Shown here: positions 24,201 through 37,500 of the stretch, in pieces | How the letters are laid out: each line of letters starts with the position of its first letter | Position numbering within the stretch: position 1 is the stretch's first letter | DNA from: Zygnema circumcarinatum SAG 698-1b | Lineage: Eukaryota > Plantae > Zygnematophyceae | Length of the DNA: 64,000 nucleotides | Direction of reading: 5' to 3' | NCBI GenBank assembly: GCA_037447605.1 | Contig: CM074814.1 | Span: 2,294,001 to 2,358,000 of the forward strand | The notes under the pieces: model-generated | Told to the model about the DNA's origin: nothing | Databases searched by the model: none | What the model saw: only the letters and a program-made list of their open reading frames with translations | Translations under genes and position numbers: made by a program

Positions 24201-27200
24201 AATAGAACTACGTAGTGTTCTTTGACTGCATTCAGCAATGAATAGTCGTGCTTGAATGTCACAAATCCGAAGCCTCGTGATACGAATTTGTGTTCCGCGG
24301 ACTGGCTTCCAATCACCACCGCATCAGAAACTGGCCCGAAATGTTCCTCAAAGTACTCTCGTAGATCCTCTGCAACAAGCGAACAACATGCCGACCCCTT
24401 TCTGAGTTATGTCTCTGTCCTGCACCGCTTGCGATTGATTTTTTGGCAACAAGGCACCAAAATAACCTTGCCAACTTGATGTTTTAAGTAAGGCATTTAA
24501 AACAAGAGGGTTCCAATCTTAAAAACCCATCAGCATCGATGATAAGCAATGAAGACACATCCGGTCCGGATTCAGCACGAAAACGGCCATGTCCAGCGCG
24601 GTTTTTACGATTGAAACCCCCTGATAGCGGAATTTATACCTGATTCTACAGAAGGAGATAGTCCTCCGACGAAGATTTTCTTTCCCATCTCCTCCGCATT
24701 CAACTGTGGGAAACATGAACGTTGTGAGTTTCAGTGACGCTCAAAACTGTCTAAATGTACTTACAGTTCACAAACTAAACCAGCAAACCAAATATAGCTC
24801 AACCTGCAGCATACCTTTGTCAGTTGGAGCCTTGCAGTCTCTGTGTTAGCTGCAGACGCCGACTTGATCTCTTTCAGTGGACTGCGAGGTATACATACCA
24901 GTTCCTTTTCACCATGAGCAAAAAAGCAAGAATCCCCTCTAATGCATCTGCAAAACGATGCACATAAACCCCTTAGAAAATTGAACAGTTCAGAATTTCA
25001 AAAGAAAAGTGGGGTAAACGAAGCCAACGAAGCAGAGCAGAAGAATAACGTACGACACGCCAAGCAGTCTGCACTAAATCAAGTTGACTAATCAGAATGT
25101 CAAGCTACAAGCTTCTTTATCATTTCAAGCGACATACCCTCCAGCCATCGTGAAGTATCGACAGAGTTCTGTCTTGGGTAGAAATGTCCTAGTACTTGCT
25201 CCACTCAACGATGGACTGCACAGTGAAAGGACCAAATCGTCAATACTGATGCAATTCACCAAGAGAGAAAACCAGTAAAAGCTGGAAAGAACAGGAAAAG
25301 TGGAAAGAGATGAGGCGGAAAAGAGAGCCGGAACGCACTTGAATTCAACATTAACGCCACCAATTCGAGTCTTCTTTTTCTTCGACTTCACCGAAATAAA
25401 GGAATCCATAAAATCTTCCGACATATGTTGAGAACCTGTACATTCGTAGTACAACACATCTCAACTCAGTGTTCTGAAGCTGGTTTGGGAAAGCAACCGG
25501 TAATAAACATGTTCCCCAGTGGGGTTTAAGAGCAGTAGTGTCGCTCATGTTCACTGCAGTGGTATAAGAGTTGAACGCAGCGCGCAATCTTTAAATGCAA
25601 CTGATTGGGTAAGATTACTCAAACGCGTACCGATTCCTGCACTTTCCTCCAGAATTTCTCGCATTCTCAAATTATCAGCCACGTCTATAGGCATTTGCTT
25701 TCTGCAAATAAATAAAAATAGTAAGAAGGATTAGCAAATTCATGAGGCACAGGAGCGTTAACTCTACCCCCTCTGGTTTAGTCAGCCCGCGTGATCCAAA
25801 TCGCTCTGACATGCGTTCACCCCTGAGCACCATCATACGTCAATTTACAAGGGGAAAAATCATGAAGACAAGCTGAAGTACAGCCAAACAGATTCACTAG
25901 ATCAGGAGAAACTGCAGGTTGAGACACATTCGAAGTGACTTACCTTAGATTAACTGTCCCTTTGTCAGCACCATAAGATAGAAGAAGCTTAACACAATTA
26001 AATTGATTATTTCGAACTGCCCAGAATAGAGGAGTTTCTCTAGTCGCTGCCATAGCATTGGCAGCTGAGGGCTCCCTTGCAAGAAGAACCTGCAAATAAC
26101 AGATAGTAGTTACTTCACGTCAATAGCTTGTTGCGGCTCTCCACTTTGAACATGTTCACACCAATTTGTACATTGATGTTACTTCTTGTGCTTGAGCCTT
26201 AAGGGAATTAAATTAACATGTCTTGGGAATACAGATGTGCTACTACGCATCATACCTTGAGGGCATCCAAGTGCCCTTGACCTGCTGCAATGTGCACAGG
26301 TGTCACCTGCACATCGTTTCCTACGGAGGCGTGTGCTCCCTTTTCGATCAGCTTCCAAACAACTCTGTAAAACAACAAAGAAAAGGGATCAGAATAAAAA
26401 AAGAGGATCGCTTCGGCACTCACCTATCCAACGACAACTGACGACCTTCTGCAAAATCAGGAAATTGTTCCGAGGCCTTGTGAATGAGAATGTGCGCATA
26501 ACGAGAAATGCCTCTGGCTGCCTCGATAAGCAATGCTGAAGAACATGCCTTGCAGCAGCTTCACCGTTGCTTGACAGAAGACACAGGTGCAGGGCACTAT
26601 TCCCATCCGAACCCGTCTCGTTCGGGAATGCACCGGCTTCAAGCAACAGAGTTGTCACAGCTTCATCTGCAGCCTGAAACCACAAAGACAGTTATCTTCA
26701 AATTTACAGTACAGAACGGGGTTACTATCCGGCTATTTTTTCTTTTGGTTCACCAGAGATGTTCTCTCTCTACATTTTTTAGCTACGAGTCCTTTTCTGA
26801 AAGCGTCACTATGGAGGTTTCAAGTGTCAGCTAAGCGTACATCAAGCAATGGAACATATCCTGCTTCCTATGAACCATCGTGATAATCAACAACAGAAGA
26901 TGCGACCGCGACGGGGAAAGCAATTACTTTTGCAGCTTGAAGAAGTGGAGCAGAAAAATTGCTGGTGGGAGAAATCCCTTGAGGTCGCTCTATGCTTTTG
27001 TTTAAGTTCGGCTTCCAAACAAGGAGCAGTTCCAGCTGCTTCAAGGCCATCTGACGATCCACCGATACCGAGTGGGAGCTTTCATGGACTTTGACGCCTC
27101 CCGTGAAGATGGCCTTGTGCACTAGTAAATCAGTGATAGTGCAGTCTCCTTGGTCGCTAAAATTTCTGATCGTGGTGCTGACAATCTCCTTGCCCGCAAC

Positions 27201-28757
27201 TACCAACAGGATAGCTAGTGCCTCAATATCACCGCTTAACGCAAGGTGGCACGCAAATCGGGCAATATCATTCATATACGAGATAAGCAGCTTAACTGCT
27301 GACAAATTCTGCACAGCATTCCACATAAAATATGCTTCAAGGTTAGAGGTTCATCATCATGATCGAACATCAATCAACTACTCCTTTCTCAATCCGCTAG
27401 TACTCGCCTTCAAACCAAGATCGACGGACTTCAGTTGGACGGTTGAGACCACCGACTGACCTGTTTTTGAGCCAGTTTCAGGAGTTCTACGATGTTGCCG
27501 GCTCGTGGCCAGGCCATACTTACCCTGTCCATAATGGAACACAGAGCAGATTGTCAGCTCCAATGTTGTTGCAGAAATGGTGGTCATCTGACTCAAAGTC
27601 AAAGTTGAATGAAAAGCATGGTTAAGACCGGATGCCTTCACAAATCGCCATGAAGAACATACAAATTTTATGGCAATACATCTTTTATCAGCATGGCCTT
27701 TTCGATCTAGCTATAGAAAAAAAAAATTCAAAGGCGATATAGAATGTTGGGAGTCAAAGTTAACGAACCTCAAGTTATCCAGGGTCGCCTCCAGTGGGGT
27801 CTGTCCACTCCGGCATTGAATATCTAGTTTCACATTTTTCTTCAGCAACAATTCCAGGCAGCGAAGACTTCCAGAAACAACTGCATAATGAAGAGCAGTC
27901 ATACCACTTTCGTCAACAGCATCAATCGGCACTGCTTCTAGCCCTTCGCCTCCTTCAAGAAGGGCAGATGCACACTTGACAGCGTCCGTCTTGCAAGCAT
28001 AATGGAAGAGTTTTAATCTATCAAATGTACTGTTTTTCGCGTCCTTTTCTGATCCAAGACAACTCAGCAATGCGGCCGAGTCATCAGCAAGTACAAACTT
28101 GAGTTTCCACTCGGTACATCCATATTCAGTTTCCCCAATTGCCAAGAGCGCAACTGAAAGTGATATTGCATCATGTGTCGATTCTCCCAACACATCCTCG
28201 GTCGCATATGAAAAAGGCGGGCCATCGCTGAATTTTCGCACAATATCTTCTGAAGAACGCAAGATAGTTTGCTGCGGTTCTTCAGCAAGCAGTCGAACTT
28301 GAGGATCGACCGATTTCACTACCGCTTGCTTATAACTCATAGACGTCTCTGCAGAATCCTCCTTCACATCTTGTTTACTGTTTTTGTTGTACGCCCCTTC
28401 TGCAGCAAAATCGGGCTCCTTTTCGATGCCACCTTTTCCAGATTGCTCGGCCTGTGCGAGAGCCAAAGTGATCAATATTGCAGGACATCCAACGGTATGT
28501 TTCCAAGTGACTGGTATTGCATGACATCGGACGCGCGATCAACACTTAGATTCAAGCAAGCCAATCCTAGTTCACTGATATCTCTGGTCTCTGCAGAGAA
28601 GGGGACGATTTGAAAGTGTGCTTCAAACGGCTTCACGGTATGTTTTGCTGATGCCAGAAATTTTCAGTCCAGGTTCTTACCATGTCGTCAGCCTCACGAA
28701 TAATATCAAACACTCCCGTCGGACGAACTGCTTCGGTCAGATGAGGTTCCACCTTTT
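21299..28757 (-). CDS. Ankyrin repeat - CCCH zinc finger - RRM - OST-HTH/LOTUS - RING-HC multidomain protein (uncharacterised; 5' end unresolved, possibly ATG 29071)
   Basis: Reconstructed exons include 28757-28681, 28451-27769 (ANK: GMTALHYAV, GQTPLE), ~27308-26928, 26673-26565 (GNSALHLC), 26448-26424, 26364-26256 (VTPVHIAA), 26089-25944 (ETPLFWAV), 25701-25631, ~25206-25138 plus 24947-24815 (KTELCRYFTMAGGCIRGDSCFFAHGEKEL), 24703-24640 and 24369-24191 (RNP2 IFVGGL, RNP1 RGFGFVTF), 23860-23299 (YPLSSLKGDFRATCGLELDHVNIGYLKLSDFV, LOTUS-like), 23137-22056 (disordered), 21891-21649 plus 21373-21299 (CAYC-x11-CGH-x3-CTVC-x14-CLSC). One or two internal exons near 27.4-27.6 kb and 25.4-25.6 kb are uncertain. 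Confidence 0.8.
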
Positions 28758-30152
28758 CTATGAATGACAAAAAGAAATTATATCTGCACGATCAATGATA
28801 AAAAACACTCATTGTCAGCCAAAATTGAAACATTTCTGGAGCATGCACACACATCTGTCTTCAAAAATCGACTGCGTAGAATCATTTGAATACTTCTCAT
28901 ATTTCTTCTAGCCAGAGTTGAATGAAGAGAACTAAAAAACATTCACACGAACAGTTGTAGAAAAGACTACAGAACCAAGCAAGCAGCTCCACAACCAGAG
29001 ACGGCCAAAGCAAACAAACTCAAACAGTATGGAAGTTCTTCCTCGCCATCATGCAGGTTAGCAACGTTCATATTATTTTCATTTGTCTCACCTGAGATGC
29101 GTCCACACACCTTTAAATCGCAACAGCCACTCTACTAGCAGATATATTAGGATAACGCCCTTCAAAAAGAGCCAGTAAGGATAACTTGGACGCCTTATTG
29201 TTAACACTGAGCCTTGAATTAAGCAAGAGTCAGTTTTGAGCTGCTGTACTCTGCAGCAGCTCCGACAGGAAGACGGACAACCACCGTCTCACAACTATTG
29301 GCTGTGTCTACGTCTCCTATCTGACTTTTTCGTCCATCCTGGAAGCAGCGACACTAGAGCAAAGGCCACCCTTAATACTCGATCCTCTTACACCTTCAAT
29401 AGAACCTCAGGCCTTTTCCAAATTTCACATGTTTTCCTATTTTTAACCAAATTTGAGTCCTCCCTCCAAATCTCACCACAAAAAAGCCTGGATTCCCAAA
29501 ATCAAAAGTGGCGCCAAAAGCTGCTGCTGAGCACCGCCCTTATCGCCTCGTAAATCTCGTCATCCAGCTCATCCTGCACATATAGTCCAACAGGAGGTGC
29601 GCCAGCTTACCCCGGGAAGGTCCAGACCAGGCGGCGCCCCCCCCTGCATGGCCGCCAGGTCGCGTAAGCCGCCGCCGGGAGGTCCTGGCAGTGGCACTGC
29701 CGTGACTTCCAAGACGGCCGGCCGCCCTCCGCCTTGGCGCCGGCCGAGCAAGTACTTTGGGGCGGGCGCGCCTGTTCACATGTGGACAACGGATTGGCCG
29801 AGAAGATTTTATGGAATGTGAACGTGTCTGGAAAAATCCATAGCGAGTTGGGCCAATGGCGACTCGCCACTTATACAACGGCAGGGAGGCCAAAGGGTAG
29901 TGATCATAGACCAGTACAAATTAAAATTGAAATCGACTTGATCAACGGCGTGTATTTTACCCAAAGGCAAATTGAAGTACATGGGATACAAACACCAAGA
30001 AAAAAAAATCTATGACTGATAATGAACAACTCATGATGTTGGTCATCACCATTCTTACCACGCAGGCGGAAGGGCGGAAAGCCCGCAAGCTTGAAACTCT
30101 CACAACTAGATCTCTACAAATGTTGGTAAGCACTCCCTAGAAGCAGCCAAGC

Positions 30153-30256
30153 ACCATGGTCCATCACCATGTATGGTCCATGAGACCATGTGTGGATGAG
30201 ACCATGAATGGTCCACGAGACCATGTGTGGTCCATGAGACCATGTATGGTCCATGA
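30153..30256. repeat. 19-bp tandem repeat ACCATGTRTGGTCCATGAG, about 5.5 copies
   Basis: Units start at 30166, 30185, 30201, 30220 and 30239, with a truncated one at 30153; each contains the inverted pair ACCAT/ATGGT or ACCA/TGGT. Confidence 0.85.
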
Positions 30257-31168
30257 ACATGAAAGTGAGGCAGGAGGAGCATGCGACCGCCAAGCTCTAC
30301 AGACTTCAAATTTTGACCGCGGTCAATCCCGCCGTAAAAGCGTTGGCGCGCCTTCACGCTCCTTCGACGCTCCACACGTTGTTGGGTCCCTCCGCGCCAC
30401 GTGGCACCATGGGGGCGACCTTTGGGTCCGTCTCTAGAGCCATGTTGTCGCTGGACCTAAAACGAGAGTTCCGTTCATTCATGGCTCTTATTGGCTCATG
30501 GATGGGAAGGGAACCGGCATTGATCTCACGGAGGCGATGATGCCATCAAATGTGAATGCACAAAATCAACAACATGGTGAACCAGGAGGGACCACTGGTC
30601 GCAAAGGACCTAAGCACAAAAGAAAAAAGCGAGGTGCGGAAAACTACGCCTAGGCTCAACAACGCTTCAAGCCCCCCCTTGAAGCAGCCGGGAAGGATCG
30701 CTTCCCTTTGGTTCTCCTTTTTGTTGAGTCCATGCACATTAGATGGGGGGAGATTTTTTTTGAAAGCAGTACTTTTCTGTTTGCAGTTGTAATGTTTCTA
30801 TCGGAAAACATGTACTATTTTTGAACAAGATTCGGCATGGGAGTTTTTCAACATCGATTAGGCCTAAACAAAGGCCCCTTTATCAAGGAAAAAATGCTAT
30901 TTCCACACCTTTTTCGTCTAAATACACACCCTCCTCGCCGGTCAGATTTTATCTTAGAGTTTTGGCGTTTTTAAGGTGTGTATCTAGACAAAATGATGTG
31001 TAAATAGTAATTTCCTTTTTCAAGGTTCAGGAAATCATTTAATTACACTCCAAAAGTTTGCTTCAATTGCCGTAGATATATCGCGATATTCTCAACGGGC
31101 TGGTTCAGTTCACAGTACTGTACTTTCCTGTACTCACGGCACGCCACCTCCCCCTGGTTGGCCGCATG

Positions 31169-31310
31169 CCACGTAGCACTAGGACGGCGCGTTTCGCGCT
31201 CCAGCCGCCACGTGGATTTAACTGATTCCACTTCAGGTCCACCACCCGAATCAAGCCTGGGTTGACCCTCCGTCAATCCGCTCTCCTTACCCTCTCGTCC
31301 GCCACGTGTC
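31169..31310. promoter_or_regulatory. G-box/ACGT cluster upstream of plastid SecA
   Basis: CACGTG at 31209 and 31303 plus ccacgtag at 31169, 200-350 bp before ATG 31520. Confidence 0.4.
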
Positions 31311-31519
31311 CCAAAAATCTCCTTCCAGCCAATCAGAGTCATCTTCTCTGATTCTCACCATCTTGTTAACCCGCCCAGAGTGGATCCGCCTCCCCCCTGG
31401 CCCACAATCCCCTCACAGTCAAAAAAATATAGGGCAATTTTAGGGCAAAGTTTTTGGGGGAAAAGCAGTGTTGCCCCCTCTCCTGCTGGGAGAGTTTGCA
31501 CCTTGCATTTCCCTCAGCC

Positions 31520-34500
31520 ATGGCGCCCGGGCTTGCTCTCGCAGCTATCTCCTGCGAGGTAGCAGGACACCCCTGCGTACAGAGGGACTCTACATCCGGC
31601 AGCCATGGCCCGCGATCCGCTACAGCTTGTCCTGCTGTGCCCCCTTCCAGTACACAGGCCATTGTTGGATCTCCAGTTCATCTTCAGTACAACGGTTTTC
31701 TTCAGAGAACTGCATCTGCTGAGGGAGGAAGCTCCTTTCTCGGCTCCCCGGGGGGGTGGGAGAGGGGAGGAGTTGCATCTCCCGTTGGTCAGCCAGGTGG
31801 CACAAGCAGAGGGAGAGGGAAGGTGACGTCAGCGGCATTGGGAGGAGTGTTGGGAGGGCTGTTTGGAGGAGGAGCTCCATCTGAGAAAACGAGGCAGGCT
31901 TATGCAGATAAGGTGGCGCAAGTGAATGCTTTCGACGCTTCTATGAGTGAGCTGAATGATGAGGATTTGAAAGGGAAGACGGAGGAGCTTAAAGCCCGCG
32001 TGCAGGGAGGCGAGTCGCTGGAGAGTGTGTTGACGGTGAGTTCATTTGAACATGCATCCGTTTCGTACTCTGTCTCCCAAGTTTTGTTCCTAGTTATGTA
32101 TGAGGTGGTCGGAAGGTTTCAAACACAGCCTTTTTTGTGCAGGAGGAAGTACATTTATCTTGTTATTTTACAGAAAATGATTTTAAGTGAGTACAATAAT
32201 CAATCAGAGATGAATTATGTGCCTGCGTCCACTTTTACCATTAAGGGGGTTTCTGACTTTGAAAAGTTTCACACTTTCGGAAACTGAAATCGGTACGCTC
32301 TTTCCCATGAAATAAGATAGTAACAGCGAAAGTCGAAGTACTTCCTTTGGATCCTTTGGAACAATTCTATAAAGGCGTCTCCTGCCACATACACCTGCAT
32401 TCGCCTTACTCATTATATTCAAAGCTCGTTATATTTCCAAATAAAACATGGTGACTCTTGTATAATCCTTTTGTTGTACCGATTTTTCCTCTGATATTTG
32501 GATCTCCAGGAAGCATTCGCGGTGGTGCGAGAAGCTTCCAAGCGAGTTCTTGGTCTCCGTCCCTTTGATGTCCAGCTCATTGGTAAGGGTGGCTGTGTTT
32601 AACAATCAAGTAGAGGAGTATGCTTAAACTCCTGCTTTATCCATTTGCTTTATCATGCTTCTCCGTTTTAGGGTTCTACTTAAGCAACTCTGGTGAAGGC
32701 CCTTTGGGATTTTCTTTCCGTACCTTTTTCGTCAACACCTTATTTTCTTATTTCCGTTTTTTGTTTTACGTTTCCCTTACATTCATAGGCGCTAGTACAG
32801 TATAAAGCATGCGCATCCATTCAAGATTACAGCTTCTTTCAGTGTCCAACTCCGGTTATTTTTTTCGTCGGGCTACTCTTAACTTGTAGAGTTTAAGGAA
32901 ACTTGTAGAGTTTAAGGAAAAAGGTCAACAAGCAGAAACATGGCAAATCTTTTAATTAAGAGCAAAGTGCTGGCGAAGTGCAAGCTTCTATGGGTAGTAT
33001 CTTTGCCAGTCTCTGCCTTGTTTTCCCCCAATTTGATCAAATTGCTAAGCCATTTTTAAGCCCATTAACAGAAATATGCGATTAAAGATTAATAGTAAGG
33101 GATGCAAGGGCTTCTTTAAAGAGCTTAGACTGCCATTTCTGTTTTCTGCTTGAGTTCACTGGTCCGTTGAGCTAATTGTGACCGTTTCTATGAAAAAAAC
33201 CGGGCTCATTGAAAAGAAACAGCGAATAGAAGAAAATGGAAGAGAGCATGAAAACGAGGAAACTGTAATGTGTTCTAGGGTAGGAGTAAGGGGAGGAGAA
33301 ATGGTGAGTGGAGGAAGGTTGAGGATACAGACGTTTCGGGAGATTTTGATTTGAGAAGGTGGCTTTGTGCAGGTGGAATGGTGCTGCATAAAGGAGAAAT
33401 TGCAGAGATGCGGACTGGGGAAGGAAAGACATTGGTGGCTGTACTACCAGCATATTTGAATGCATTGAACGGAAAGGGAGTGCACGTTGTAACAGTGAAT
33501 GATTATTTGGCGAGGAGAGATTGCGAATGGGTGGGGCAAGTACATCGCTTCCTCGGCCTGAAAGTTGGACTCATCCAGCGTAAGACGCTTTTTTAGAATG
33601 AGTTTATGAACCTGGACAAGGGCACCTGTGTCAACTTTTTTCTCTGAATACTTGCTGTGTTCTTAAGCACCTTTGTGAAGGGGATAGAGTGACACTGCAG
33701 TACGTTGATATTTTCAAAGTAGTGAGTTATTTATTAAGCAGGTATTGGAAGGAATCGCTTTCTGACTTATAGAACATGAATAACGTACCCGGCAAATGAA
33801 TGAGACGGAATGGTCACAACTTTGAGCCTGTCCTGATGGTCTCGTTTGGGGACTTTGGGGTGACAGAGGGAATGACAAGTGAGGATAGGCGTAGAAACTA
33901 CGGCTGTGATGTCACATATGTGACCAATAGTGAACTTGGATTCGACTATTTGCGCGATAATTTGGCTCAGGTCCATCTCCCCCTCTGCTTGATTTCCTTT
34001 CATTCTTCTTTTTCTTCTGTGGCGGATAGAACAACTTCATTGCTCTTGTCGAGGATTCAACATCTTACACCAATCTAATAACCCAACAAATGGGGCGGCT
34101 AAGACACGAAGACTGCGCCAACATGTGGTTCGTGTTGGTCCTCACAGTGAAATGTAAACATATATAACGGAACCCTGTGATTGTTTTGCTGGGTACTGCA
34201 GGCAAAGGAAGACTTATGTCTTCGACCCTTCAGCTATTGCATTATCGATGAAGTGGACTCTATTCTCATTGATGAGGCTCGAACGCCTCTCATCATTTCT
34301 GGACCAGCAGAGAAACCGAGTGAACGATACATCAAAGCATTCAAACTTGCAAGAGAGCTGCAACGTGACATTCATTACACTGTAAGGCTACTTCAATCAC
34401 TTGCAATGGAGTGACGGACGGGCTCCCTCACTCTTTCTCTCACACTTTGCTCCTTCCTCAATCGCTTCGTACTTTTTCTGTCAGTTGGATTTTCTGCATT

Positions 34501-37500
34501 TAGAGATTGTGTTTAAACAAAAAGAAACGTCAATGAAGGATTTTATAGTAGATGGAGTTAGCCGCCGTAAAAAAAAAGCAGCTGAGGCAGGAGTGTGAAA
34601 TGAAAAGAGAGAGGGTGTGGGAGAGGTAGAGGTGAAAGGAGAAGGGGAGTCAGAAGGGGTTGGGGAGGAGAGAGGAGAGGAGTGAGAGAAGGGGAAGAAG
34701 TGAGCGAGAGGGGGAGATCGCGAGAGGGGGAAGGGGGAGGGGAGGGAGCAAGACGCGCTCGAGATGTCGGGATTTTCAATCATTTTTTTATAAGCGAAGG
34801 GCTGTGAAGGCGAAAGGAGTGCAAGCTCTTCTGCTTTCCCCCATGCAGGAGTCTCGTTCTTAGATAAAACTGCACTTTTTTCCAAATTGTACCTGAACAA
34901 TGAAGAAATCGGTTTGGTGGTGGTTGTGGCTGTGATTGGGGTTCTGCAGGTGGATGAGAAGCAGAAATCCATACTGATAACAGAAGATGGATACGAGGAT
35001 GCTGAAACTGTGCTAGAAGTGAAGGATCTTTATGATCCGCGGGAGCAGTGGGCATCCTATCTCCTCAATGCCCTCAAGGCCAAGGAGCTTTTCCAACGTA
35101 ATGTGAACTACATTGTGAAGAACAAAGAGATTGTCATTGTTGATGAGTTCACAGGGCGTGTTATGCCGGTGAGTCTCTAACCAAAAGATGAGTTAATTGG
35201 TATTTAACGACGAAAAGAGAACGCTCTGAAGACGAAATGTACAATCTGGCAAGTGAACAAATGGCAAATAAACAGGCTGGGCGGAAACTTGTCAGTTGCT
35301 TTAGACAATGGGGTTGTGTGTCTATCGTTCTGTCTGTTTATTTGTTTGGAAACCTAGATCGTTTGAATGTCTTCCCGTGAAGTGGGGTGTAAGTCAATTC
35401 ACGGCCGCTAGAAGGAATATCTTTCTTTCGAGGGCTTGTCATTCGCGAAGCAGAATGGGCCCAGATTTTTTATGAGCATTTGATTACTGATCTGGGTGGT
35501 GCACTGGAGGTTGCAGGGAAGAAGATGGGGGGAGGGGCTACATCAAGCCATAGAAGCTAAAGAGGGAGTTCAAATTCAGAATGAGAACGTGACTTTAGCA
35601 TCAATCAGTTACCAAAACTTTTTCCTCCAGGTGCGTTTAATGTGAAGGTCTTGTTTCTTTCTGAAGAGGGAGAAGCAGAGAGAGCAATAAATTGCGTTAT
35701 GAGATAGTGGAGGCTGAAGTTATAGAAGCGCCCTCAACCAAACATATTCCTACAACGAGGTGGCAACTGGGAATCTGATTTTGTGCCTTATGCTGTTCCA
35801 TGTTGCACGGAGAACCGTTACAGTATCCAAAACTGTGCGGTATGACTGGAACAGCGGCCACAGAATCACCGGAGTTCAAGAGCATCTACAAGCTGACTGT
35901 GACAGAAATTCCGACCAATCGTAGCATGATTCGGAAGGTATGTGGTCGTTGGAGATCCACGTTGTTAGAAACGTTTCAGGTCTTAATCAGAGCAGTCATA
36001 TCAGGCTGAAAAAATAATGCAGAGGTATGACGAAATTACCTCTAAATTTGAGCAAATTGCATACTTTTGGAAGGGACTTAACTCTGTAATTCTAAACCAT
36101 CCTCCTGTGGTGCATGCCACCATCGGCTTCACATTTTCCTTTCATGCTATTGTTTGCCACGCGCTCTTCTTAAACTCTTAATCATCAATTATTAATCATC
36201 ACTTATTAATCATGAATCGTTAACCATTAATTGCTAATCATTTTTTGCAGGATGAGTCAGATGTGGTGTTCCGCTCTGAGCCTGGCAAGTGGAGAGCTTC
36301 AGTAGTGGAGGTAGCGAGAATGCATAAGACTGGGCGCCCAGTGTTGGTTGGAACAACATCCGTGGAACAGAGTGAAGCCCTTTCAGAGAAGCTGAAGGAA
36401 GCTAAGATTAAGCATCAGGTGAGAGGATTGTGGAACTTCAAAAAAAAATAACTCCGTTCCTCACCTGTTCCCTCTGCTTTTGGGTGGAGAAGGTCAGTTG
36501 AGTGGAGAAAGAATGTAAGTTTGCTGAGTTTGTTAGCCTGTTTGGGCTTTTATGGTTTCTTTGAGTTTTGCGTTGAAACATGCCTGAAAGCCATGTGATT
36601 GCAGGTACTGAATGCGAAACCGGAGAATGTGGAGAGAGAGGCAGAAATTGTTGCACAGAGTGGGAGAGTGGGAGCAGTCACCATAGCTACCAACATGGCA
36701 GGCAGAGGAACTGATATTATTTTAGGAGGGAACTCCGATTTTATGGCCCGCTTGAAGATAAGGGAACTGCTGATGCCAAGGTAGGAATAAACTCCTTCGA
36801 ACATGGTATACATTGAACTGGGGTTCCTAAATGGGGGCCAGGAAGGGATGTTGTACTCTCCCATTTGAGGAAGCAGTGTTGCAGGTGCTGATAAAGACTC
36901 CCTGAGTAATGGAAATCTGTCTGGATAATATTTAGGAAGCGAATCACTGTTCAATCAGATTCTAAATACACTCATTATCTCTTGAATTCAATAGCAACCA
37001 ACCAAGTAGTTTCAGCTGAATATATTGACCATTCTGAGTATCCTCCAGTTTGATGTTCTCAAACACTTTCTCATTTTCCTTAACATTGATAATAACCTTT
37101 ATACTGACTAGTTTTGCACATCAAATCTAGAAGACGGACTCTCATTCCTGAGAGCCCACTGGTCAAATGTCTGTTAGGTCAAACAAGTGGATGGAGAATT
37201 AATATGTTGAGGTGCTCATATGATGTTCATGTTGCATGGGTGACATGTACAGGATAGTGGATCAGAAAGCGGCCGGAGGTCCTCTCCCTATTGAGTTGCT
37301 GAGACAGCGGAAGAAGGATTCTGCTGCAGCTGCACCTGCAACAAAGACCTGGCAGGTGTGTTACAATGTCTGTCTACGTGTGAATGTGTCCGGGGTGCTG
37401 AGAGAGAGAGAGTGTGAGAGAGAGAGAGAGGGAGAGAGAGAAAAAGGGAGAGAGTACACTTGGTGAATGCAGATCTATGTGGGACAGTGTCGGGGTATGT

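Noticed and set aside
26365-26548. GC-AG intron containing a poison exon ending in TAG
   Set aside because: An all GT-AG model (donor after 26565) reads the same 25 nt in an open frame and is more parsimonious; kept only as a microexon finding.
29896-29916. GSDHRPV motif resembling the C-terminus of EEP/LINE endonucleases
   Set aside because: No upstream EEP motifs (GDFN, RIDY) or reverse transcriptase in frame; seven residues alone are insufficient.
32881-32918. 19-bp tandem duplication in a SecA intron; similar short repeats at 6017-6060, 6905-6945, 14460-14565, 43660-43705, 44525-44550
   Set aside because: Ordinary slippage repeats with no sign of function.
35517-35540. SecA motif GRRWGEG instead of GRRWSDG
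   Set aside because: Conservative variation in a motif that varies among SecA proteins; all ATPase motifs are intact.
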